DNA from: Marinobacter piscensis
GTDB lineage: Bacteria; Pseudomonadota; Gammaproteobacteria; Pseudomonadales; Oleiphilaceae
NCBI RefSeq assembly: GCF_007671655.1
Contig: NZ_VCGX01000001.1
Span: forward strand, 613,917-653,916
Length of the DNA stretch: 40,000 bases
Direction: 5' to 3'
Of this stretch, positions 14,499 through 20,768 are shown piece by piece (position 1 is the stretch's first letter; each line of letters starts with the position of its first letter). A model generated the notes under the pieces. That model searched no databases. It was not told the origin of the DNA and saw nothing but the letters and a program-made list of their open reading frames with translations. The translations under genes and the position numbers were made by a program.

Positions 14499-14794
14499 TG
14501 CCAAATTTCAAGCTTTCCAGGAAGGCCAAAGCTGACCTCAAATCTATTGCCCTATACACGGAGCGTGAATGGGGCCGAGATCAACGAAACCACTATATTC
14601 TTCAGTTCGATCAATGCTTCCACCTTCTCGGTGAAAATCCAAACCTGGGGCAAGCCTGCAATGAGATAAGCCCAGGCTACCGGCAGTACCCTCAGGGAAG
14701 CCACATCATCTTTTATCGGCTAGCCACCGACGATGTTGTTGAAATTATCCGCATCCTGCACAAACGCATGCTACCTGATGTGCATCTGATTTAG
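14498..14794 (+). CDS. parE: ParE-family toxin
   Basis: MPNFKLSRKAKADLKSIALYTEREWGRDQRNHYILQFDQCFHLLGENPNLG...IIFYRLATDDVVEIIRILHKRM. Confidence 0.8.
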   Translation: MPNFKLSRKAKADLKSIALYTEREWGRDQRNHYILQFDQCFHLLGENPNLGQACNEISPGYRQYPQGSHIIFYRLATDDVVEIIRILHKRMLPDVHLI

Positions 14795-14798
14795 GGCA

Positions 14799-14880
14799 TA
14801 ACGCCGAGCTTAGCGGCGCCCTGACAAGGGCGTCCGGTGGACGGCCCTCGGGCCGGGAACGCACTACAGCGACTGGTTAG
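14799..14880 (-). repeat. attC site (GGCGTCCGG class)
   Basis: TAACGCCGAGCTTAGCGGCGCC...GGGCGTCCGGTGGACGGCC...GCGACTGGTTAG. Confidence 0.8.
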
Positions 14881-15222
14881 CTGGGGGCATCAATAAAGCC
14901 CGATCTCTGGCAACCAACATCGTAGCCCACACCGCAGCCCTAGCACCAAATTCCGCTGATGCTCTGTGCATAAAATCACCGCCAACGATGCAGCGAATGA
15001 ACCAGAACGCCAGAATAGCAGGTAAGCAAGGAACACACTCTCGGCGGACAGCCCCACGCGGCAAGCTCCAATTCCTAAACCAGTACCGGTGGCTGATTGC
15101 GCTACCAGCAAGACGCCAGACTTTCGGGCCTTGGCTAAACTGAAACGCCGCCGGCTTTACTGCCAGCTTCCGGCCAAGGCCAATAGCACCCAACCGCCAA
15201 AAAAGACCAAAGCACTACCAGC
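14881..15222 (-). other. ORF-poor cassette, family member 2 of 4
   Basis: 342 bp. The candidate frames (109 aa and 73 aa) overlap each other and neither is convincing. It shares the Gly/hydrophobic 5' module and the TCCGCCGAGA motif with the other three members. Confidence 0.45.
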
Positions 15223-15301
15223 TAACGCTTGCAGCATGCGCGCCCACGGAATGGAGCCGAAGGCGCAATGTAGTGGGTGTCGCCGTGCCTGCACTGGTTA
15301 T
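15223..15301 (-). repeat. attC site, class A
   Basis: Class A sequence. Confidence 0.9.
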
Positions 15302-15813
15302 GTTCGTCTATCAAGACGCTCCGCAGCTTCCAACATTTGCGCAAACTCGTTCTGCACAAACTCTTCGTTTACCCCATATTTCTCCCAGAGAGGCAGATAC
15401 AACCTGGTTAAAATCTCATCCGCCTTCTTGAACTCCGAGAGTATGGATTGGAGCTCCTTTTTCATCTCTTGACGACCCACCTCGGAAATAAAGTCCTCTG
15501 CTCGCTCCCGAAAATAACGATGAACAAGCATATTCCTGAGTTCCAATGTTTTACTCAGAAAATCGGCATCTTCTTCTGACAAACTCAGTTCTGATTTGGC
15601 CACCTTGAGAAGCCGCCCAAAGGTTCTTCGACCGAGAGAATCATACAGGTCCAAATATAGTTCCTGTGACACAAGGTTCACTTCCGGCAGTCGAAGCACC
15701 ACTGCTAGATTCAAAGCTGCCTCTTCAACAACCTGAGCGTAATAGGCCGTCAGCCCGAAAAATGCGAACGGCTCTTTGTCGCAGCAATTATCAATTTCAG
15801 GTATCTCAGGCAT
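15298..15813 (-). CDS. Hypothetical helical protein with HEPN-like RNxxxHxY motif (cassette gene)
   Basis: 171-aa ORF. ...TLELRNMLVHRYFRERAEDF... matches the R-N-x3-H-x-Y signature of HepT/DUF86-type HEPN RNases. No partner gene in the cassette. Confidence 0.45.
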   Translation of the reverse strand: MPEIPEIDNCCDKEPFAFFGLTAYYAQVVEEAALNLAVVLRLPEVNLVSQELYLDLYDSLGRRTFGRLLKVAKSELSLSEEDADFLSKTLELRNMLVHRYFRERAEDFISEVGRQEMKKELQSILSEFKKADEILTRLYLPLWEKYGVNEEFVQNEFAQMLEAAERLDRRT

Positions 15814-15835
15814 AGGAGCGACCCATCAAAGAACA

Positions 15836-15932
15836 TAACGAATGAGCTTAGCGGCGACCTTGTAATGGAGGCGTAGCCGCAATGAAAAGGGCGTCCGGCG
15901 GCCATCGGCCGCGTACTACAGCGACTTGTTAA
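15836..15932 (-). repeat. attC site (long class; paralogous to the 6557 site)
   Basis: TAACGAATGAGCTTAGCGGCGACCTTGTAATGGAGGCGTAGCCGCAATGAAAAGGGCGTCCGGCGG...CGACTTGTTAA. Confidence 0.85.
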
Positions 15933-15935
15933 AAG

Positions 15936-16229
15936 CTATCGCAGGCCACCCAAGGCCATGAGAGCAACGAACGATACCAACCTGCTAACGATAACCATCA
16001 GAATTATATCCGGCCAGATATTTGCTCTGCTGAATTTTTTGAGCAGAACAAAAAGCACGACAAGCGACAATAACCAGCCAATCGTAGGCACCAAAGCAAC
16101 GGCAGCGGCCCCACCCGCCGCAATGACAGTCTCACTCAATGCTAAGTCGACAAGGGTAATCTTTGCGGCAAGCCACAAAACCACGCCGCCGACTAAGGCA
16201 TCCAGCACTACAACTAACAACTCACCCAT
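15936..16229 (-). CDS. Small membrane protein (cassette gene)
   Basis: 97 aa, almost entirely hydrophobic, with about 3 helices. Confidence 0.55.
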   Translation of the reverse strand: MGELLVVVLDALVGGVVLWLAAKITLVDLALSETVIAAGGAAAVALVPTIGWLLSLVVLFVLLKKFSRANIWPDIILMVIVSRLVSFVALMALGGLR

Positions 16230-16248
16230 GGGGTCTATCCTTACCTTT

Positions 16249-16302
16249 TAACGCCTCAAACACCGGCGCCGTTCACGGCGTCCGAGTGCTTTGACTTGTT
16301 AG
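16249..16302 (-). repeat. attC site (short, 54 bp), translated as the C-terminus of the upstream ORF
   Basis: TAACGCCTCAAACACCGGCGCCGTTCACGGCGTCCGAGTGCTTTGACTTGTTAG. Confidence 0.7.
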
Positions 16303-16963
16303 CTGTATTTTGCACGACATTGGTAAGCATTGAGATTACTTTAAATTTGCCAAAGAAAACATGCACTAGAGTAATACTTGAACCGAAGTTTGGTATGCCA
16401 AAAACCTCTACTGTGTAGATCCTTTCATTGTTAGTGTTTGGCTTGCCGAATTCCATAAAGTCCATTGGTTTTCCGGAGTAGAATGCCTCAATCTCGGTTT
16501 CAATTTGATTCATCATCGGGTCTTGATCGCTAATTAAACTGCAATACATATGTTTTATTGAATAATTGTCTGGCAATGCAGAACCACAAGACTTAAAAAC
16601 AAGCCCACAAGATAGGGCATCAAAAAACTCATTTAATCTATCTGTATCAACTGGATACTTGACAGCTCCATCAGGTAGTTGAACCGATCCAGCAGCCAGT
16701 TTTTTTCTTAATGCTCCATTATTAAATTCTAGTTGGGGCTTTACTTTTTTTAAGAATATTTCCCGAGCTCTATTGCTCGGAGAGGCATTCATGCAGATTT
16801 GCGCGAGAACATAAAGATCATCTTTTGACTTGGCGTTGTTGTGAGCGACACATGATTTTACTGTTAATAGCTGATCTTTCTCATCCTTAGGGAAAAAGGC
16901 TTTTGGTGGGATATGCTCCTTTGTTACACCTTTTTGTGAACATCCTTGAAAGTAGCAATTCAA
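16256..16963 (-). CDS. HNH-like nuclease-motif protein (cassette gene)
   Basis: A TTG start at 16963 is preceded by AGGAGA at 6 nt. The N-terminus (L)NCYFQGCSQKGVTKEHIPPKAFFP...VKSCVAHNNAKSKDD resembles the C..C..EH...C..HN..K pattern of HNH endonucleases. It is followed by a roughly 170-aa domain of unknown function. The last 15 aa are encoded by the attC. Confidence 0.45.
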   Translation of the reverse strand: MNCYFQGCSQKGVTKEHIPPKAFFPKDEKDQLLTVKSCVAHNNAKSKDDLYVLAQICMNASPSNRAREIFLKKVKPQLEFNNGALRKKLAAGSVQLPDGAVKYPVDTDRLNEFFDALSCGLVFKSCGSALPDNYSIKHMYCSLISDQDPMMNQIETEIEAFYSGKPMDFMEFGKPNTNNERIYTVEVFGIPNFGSSITLVHVFFGKFKVISMLTNVVQNTANKSKHSDAVNGAGV

Positions 16964-16983
16964 TCTGATTCTCCTAGTACAGC

Positions 16984-17062
16984 TAACGCTTGCAGCATGC
17001 GCGCCTACGAAATGAAGCCGAAGGCGCAATGTAGTAGGCGTCGCCGTGCCTGCACTGGTTAA
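16984..17062 (-). repeat. attC site, class A
   Basis: Class A sequence, variant ...CCTACGAAATGAAGCC. Confidence 0.9.
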
Positions 17063-17070
17063 GCGCTGAA

Positions 17071-17385
17071 CTACAGGCCACGTTCGATAGCTTGTTTTAT
17101 AACCGGAGCCACAGTTTCCGGTGTGATGCCTCGGTCCTGACAATATCTAGTTTGCAGCCATACGGATAGCTGCTTTTGTCCTTTGCTCGCATTGCAGCCG
17201 CAACAGCAAAGGGCGATATTTTCTCTGGTTATGATGCTGGCATCGTTGATGATGTGCTCCCAGCTTGCCGCTGACTTTCTTGAAACTTTCACGGAGGTAA
17301 ACTCATTGCGACAATAAACGCATTCCGTATCTCGCGCTCGGATCTCTTTCTCCAGACCGTCCGGAATATTCCAGTTATTTGCCAT
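17071..17385 (-). CDS. HNH endonuclease (small, stand-alone)
   Basis: 104-aa ORF. ...ECVYCRNEF...ASWEHIINDASI...IALCCCGCNASKGQK is the canonical HNH CxxC...H...N...CxxCNxSK motif. Confidence 0.75.
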   Translation of the reverse strand: MANNWNIPDGLEKEIRARDTECVYCRNEFTSVKVSRKSAASWEHIINDASIITRENIALCCCGCNASKGQKQLSVWLQTRYCQDRGITPETVAPVIKQAIERGL

Positions 17386-17410
17386 TGCTCGAACTTACCT
17401 TTTTACCGCT

Positions 17411-17483
17411 TAACGCCAGCCATCACCGGTGGCAAAACCGGCGCGAAGCAGAGGTTTTGGCATCCGGTGCATGGCTTGGTTAT
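17411..17483 (-). repeat. attC site (paralogous to the 2735 site)
   Basis: TAACGCCAGCCATCACCGGTGGCAAAACCGGCGCGAAGCAGAGGTTTTGGCATCCGGTGCATGGCTTGGTTAT. Confidence 0.85.
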
Positions 17484-17947
17484 GCGCTCTCTCGGATGGC
17501 ACGGATATCCTCGATATCCACCGGCCGTGAGAGTGCAGATTTATACCGGACTAGATCCTCTTTCAGCATAAGGGGAAGCTCTAAGCCCAGCAAATTGACT
17601 GTTTTATAGCGAGAGAAATCTATGTTGAGCGGAACCCACGTCTCGCTGCCCGCATCAAAGATTCGCGGACCGTCAGCGCTACCTACCTCCACTTTAATGC
17701 CTTCATACGTGAACTGGACGTAGGTTAGGTCCCAACCTTCCTCCTGACGGTGAGCGGCTGCCTTGGATACAAATTCCTGACCATCCTGAACCACTGACGA
17801 AAAGTGTTTGCCAGGGACGAAAAGGTCGAGGTCATTCAGGTCACGCTCAGAGCCATATCCCTTAGCAGCGAGTCCCCCACAGATCAGAAAAGGGATATTC
17901 CTATTTCTGAGTAACCCCACAATCCATTGGGCTGCCAAATGATGCAC
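17480..17947 (-). CDS. Pol-beta-superfamily nucleotidyltransferase-fold protein (cassette gene)
   Basis: ...FLICGGLAAKGYGSERDLNDLDLFV... fits the hGG-x13-DhD nucleotidyltransferase motif. A GTG start at 17947 follows AAAGGAGGAGG; the ATG at 17977 lies inside the attC. Confidence 0.55.
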   Translation of the reverse strand: MHHLAAQWIVGLLRNRNIPFLICGGLAAKGYGSERDLNDLDLFVPGKHFSSVVQDGQEFVSKAAAHRQEEGWDLTYVQFTYEGIKVEVGSADGPRIFDAGSETWVPLNIDFSRYKTVNLLGLELPLMLKEDLVRYKSALSRPVDIEDIRAIRESA

Positions 17948-17965
17948 GCCTCCTCCTTTTGCGCA

Positions 17966-18046
17966 TAACGCCTGCATAAACGGCGCCCGACTAGGGCGTC
18001 CGGTGGACGGCCGTCAGGCCGGGAACGAATTTGATGCACTGGTTAG
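17966..18046 (-). repeat. attC site (GGCGTCCGG class)
   Basis: TAACGCCTGCATAAACGGCGCCC...GGGCGTCCGGTGGACGGCC...GATGCACTGGTTAG. Confidence 0.8.
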
Positions 18047-18352
18047 AAGCCGGTTCACCCGCTAGTTCCAGCCCTACTTCTCGGCTCGCATGCGAACTCC
18101 AAAGAAGCCACGCACCAGTTCACGGTCAGACACCGATACAAAGCACTAATCTATCCCCCTTACCCGGAACTTTCGGCGAACAGCCCCACAACCAGGGCAC
18201 GCGGCCGATAACCCGTAAAAATTCGATGCCAGCTACCAAATTAGACGACGGTTTTGCTGGCCTTGGCCATGACCTATAAACAGAAATGACCACCCAATTT
18301 GCCGCCAAGGCCCTGCGCCCAGCCACCAAAAAACTACCAAAGCCTTGGCTTA
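18047..18352 (-). other. ORF-poor cassette, family member 3 of 4
   Basis: The first ~70 nt (18047-18116) are about 91% identical to 6296-6365. The frame that is open in member 1 carries in-frame TGA codons here. Confidence 0.5.
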
Positions 18353-18437
18353 TAACGCGAAGGTAACCGGCGCCGGAGCGCCAGCGGAGGGAACCAAAAG
18401 CGGTACGCTTTTGGCGTCCGGTTGACCGGCTGGTTAG
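18353..18437 (-). repeat. attC site (non-class-A)
   Basis: TAACGCGAAGGTAACCGGCGCC...GGCGTCCGGTTGACCGGCTGGTTAG. Confidence 0.75.
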
Positions 18438-18776
18438 TGGCGGGTTTTGACGCTGCCTGCTCCCTGGCACTGACCATGACGGCCTACTCCGTTACCTCGC
18501 ACCGGCTGGCGCCGATACCGTTTGTTTGAAACCACCGCCAAGCATGCGGTGGATGGACCTGAACTCAAAGGTACCAGATCCTCACTAAAATTTCGGCGGA
18601 CGGCCCAAAACGACGAATGCCGAACTCACTACCAACACCGTTGCTGATTGAAGCAACCAACTCCGACGCGGACTCTGACGGCCTTGGTGCTCACCAGATT
18701 AAGCGGGTTTGGCTGCCAAGCCCGGCACCAAGGCCACTGGCACACAGCCACCCAAAAGGACCGAAGCCTTTGCCAT
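18438..18776 (-). other. ORF-poor cassette, family member 4 of 4
   Basis: 339 bp containing only short interrupted frames. It starts with the same GGCTTCGGT..TTTTGGGTGG module and carries a TCCGCCGAAA motif. Confidence 0.45.
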
Positions 18777-18855
18777 TAACGCTTGCAGCATGCGCGCCTG
18801 CGGAATGGAGCCGAAGGCGCAATGTAGTAGGCGTCGCCGTGCCTGCACTTGTTAA
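18777..18855 (-). repeat. attC site, class A (identical to 10045-10123)
   Basis: Base-for-base the same as the copy at 10045-10123. Confidence 0.9.
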
Positions 18856-19178
18856 CCATACTTGATGGCTAGCAAAGTTGCCGACACCAACGCTGCAGTG
18901 ATGAACGGCACCAAAAATGTGAGCAAGGAGACTCGATACTCTTTTACCGACTGATAAACCCAATAAGCAGCAATGAAGAAACAAGCCACGCCTACACCGT
19001 GGGCCCACTTGCCCGAAAACTCTGCAAGCTCCAAGCGCCCGGGAAGTGTCATATTGTCAAAATAAAAAGCCACCACGCCGGCAATTACGAACACGAAGCA
19101 GAGCAAGCCATTAATTACCGATAAACTCCGACGGTAGTGGCCTGACTCTCTAATGACCGGATCAAACTTCCACAACAC
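18852..19178 (-). CDS. Small membrane protein (cassette gene, copy 2 of 2)
   Basis: Identical to 10120-10446 at a constant offset of 8732 bp. Confidence 0.55.
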   Translation of the reverse strand: MLWKFDPVIRESGHYRRSLSVINGLLCFVFVIAGVVAFYFDNMTLPGRLELAEFSGKWAHGVGVACFFIAAYWVYQSVKEYRVSLLTFLVPFITAALVSATLLAIKYG

Positions 19179-19204
19179 ACAGCTCTCCAAGTTGCCAAAG
19201 TGGT

Positions 19205-19302
19205 TAACGCTTGCATAAACGGCGGCTTTTGCGCAGCGAAGCGGAGAAAAAGCCGTCCGGTGGAGGGCCATCGGCCCGGAACGAATTTAATGCACTGGTT
19301 AT
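19205..19302 (-). repeat. attC site (long, GCCGTCCGG class)
   Basis: TAACGCTTGCATAAACGGCGGC...GCCGTCCGGTGGAGGGCC...AATGCACTGGTTAT, 98 bp. Confidence 0.8.
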
Positions 19303-19940
19303 GTGTATCTATTTAGTATGATTTTCGCATAACCTGCGGCAAAGCGTTCATAATGAGCGTCATTCGGCACGAGAGTTTTATCATTAACAATAATTTCTGG
19401 AGCTTCCCTATCTATTTTGAATTCAAATCCATTAACGTCGAAACCGATTTCCGGGACTACACACCCATCATTTGGCGTATTTGCGATAAATACTTTAGTG
19501 CTTTCTATAAATAAAGAAACGACATCAACAAAGTCTTCAACCGAATTTTTTTCTGGAAAGTGAAACTCGTGCTCTATTAGGTTTCGCTCTTTGTTTAGCT
19601 TGCTTAAAATCCTTGGAGTAATAACTCCCAACCCTTCCAGATACCCTAGCTTAGAGGGAATATTCCATTTCTTTTTCTTGGAAACCGCTCGCATTCCAAT
19701 GCAATACAGAATCTCTTCGATACGGCAATCGAGAGCCCTCTTCGCGTTTGATAACGCATTCACAAGGTTACGCTTTTCTTTACCTAGCAAATCCTTCTCT
19801 GAAAACTCCAAATACTCTTTAGAGCTTACAGGGATTGGAAACTCTATCCGCTCCTCAATCTCGTTATCCATGATATCCACGCTATCACCCTCGAGAAGTG
19901 TCAGCATATCTTCAACCGTTTTATAGCAATCGCTTTCCAA
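19299..19940 (-). CDS. Hypothetical protein with HEPN-like RNxxxHxF motif (cassette gene)
   Basis: A TTG start at 19940 is preceded by GAGGAG at 7 nt; an alternative ATG at 19958 lies within the R' core. ...LSKLNKERNLIEHEFHFPEKNSVEDF... is an R-N-x3-H signature. AT-rich. Confidence 0.4.
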   Translation of the reverse strand: MESDCYKTVEDMLTLLEGDSVDIMDNEIEERIEFPIPVSSKEYLEFSEKDLLGKEKRNLVNALSNAKRALDCRIEEILYCIGMRAVSKKKKWNIPSKLGYLEGLGVITPRILSKLNKERNLIEHEFHFPEKNSVEDFVDVVSLFIESTKVFIANTPNDGCVVPEIGFDVNGFEFKIDREAPEIIVNDKTLVPNDAHYERFAAGYAKIILNRYT

Positions 19941-19957
19941 GCTAACTCTCCTCAACA

Positions 19958-20036
19958 TAACGTTTGCAGCATGCGCGCCCACGGAATGGAGCCGAAGGCG
20001 CAATGTAGTGGGCGTCGCTGTGCCTGCACTGGTTAT
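19958..20036 (-). repeat. attC site, class A
   Basis: Class A sequence, variant TAACGTTTGCAGC... Confidence 0.9.
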
Positions 20037-20042
20037 ACAGTG

Positions 20043-20666
20043 TTAGAAGAACACCTGCTCTGTCACGATTACACCAGCGACCTTTTTGTAAAACGGCTTT
20101 TCGCGATCATCACAGAGTTTGATGAAGGACTTATAGGTTGCAGGCTTAGTGAAAAGCAAAGTTACTTCTTCAAGGTTGAATTCATAGTCACCTTTTATCC
20201 TCCATTCCCGCTCATGAGTCCAATCTTTGAAAGACTCATCCTCGCTTATGTCGAAATTGACTATGCGCCACCACTCAGTGTCAGGAAGGTATTTCTTGGC
20301 TTCAGATGTCTTATCGTAAATTACGGGACGCCCGCCTTTTCGGTATATTTTCTGTTTGTGGAACAAGAAACCTGATGGAACATAACGCTTTTTTACTTGC
20401 TCACCGCTTTCTCGCAGCTTTTGCTCAAACCAGCAGTTCTGAGCTACAGCATGTACAGGAGCGTCCTGAAAGCAAACAGCGCGGCTTTTTCCGACGATGA
20501 ATCCCTTCTCAGTACTGCTACCGCGCAGAAGTTGTTCGTCGAGAATTTTAAACATTACCTCGACGATCTTACTGTTGGAAGGCGCTTTTGTAAGATGAAC
20601 AAGACTCGTAGAAAGGTCTGTACGTTCCGAGTAGCGACGCCTCCAACTATCTTTTGTATACGGCAA
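20043..20666 (-). CDS. AbiGi-like protein (abortive-infection antitoxin family resemblance; cassette gene)
   Basis: A TTG start at 20666 is preceded by AAGGGAG at 7 nt. ...SLVHLTK...AVCFQDAPV...YRKGGRPVIY...WTHEREWRIKGDY... recalls, from memory, the conserved blocks of AbiGi-family proteins. Confidence 0.45.
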   Translation of the reverse strand: MPYTKDSWRRRYSERTDLSTSLVHLTKAPSNSKIVEVMFKILDEQLLRGSSTEKGFIVGKSRAVCFQDAPVHAVAQNCWFEQKLRESGEQVKKRYVPSGFLFHKQKIYRKGGRPVIYDKTSEAKKYLPDTEWWRIVNFDISEDESFKDWTHEREWRIKGDYEFNLEEVTLLFTKPATYKSFIKLCDDREKPFYKKVAGVIVTEQVFF

Positions 20667-20689
20667 CTGAGCACTCCCTTGAATCTGTA

Positions 20690-20768
20690 TAACGCCAGCA
20701 GCATGCGCGCCCTTGAAATGGAGCCGAAGGCGCAATGTAAAGGGCGTCGCCGTGCCTGCATTGGTTAT
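20690..20768 (-). repeat. attC site, class A (first attC of the array)
   Basis: Class A sequence, variant TAACGCCAGCAGCATGCGCGCCCTTGAAATGG... Confidence 0.9.

Noticed and set aside
18031-18279. 82-aa + strand ORF in an ORF-poor cassette, considered as the real product of this cassette family.
   Set aside because: It begins inside the attC, has no counterpart ORF in the paralogous cassette at 6296-6556, and has a Pro/Ser/Thr-rich composition. It is not supported as a conserved frame.
4888-20768. Regularly recurring ~79-bp repeat that could be taken for a CRISPR array or REP elements.
   Set aside because: Repeat spacing is 300-900 bp and the intervals hold complete genes. The repeats have RYYYAAC/GTTRRRY cores with imperfect internal palindromes, and an IntI gene plus attI sits at one end. 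They are attC sites, not CRISPR repeats.
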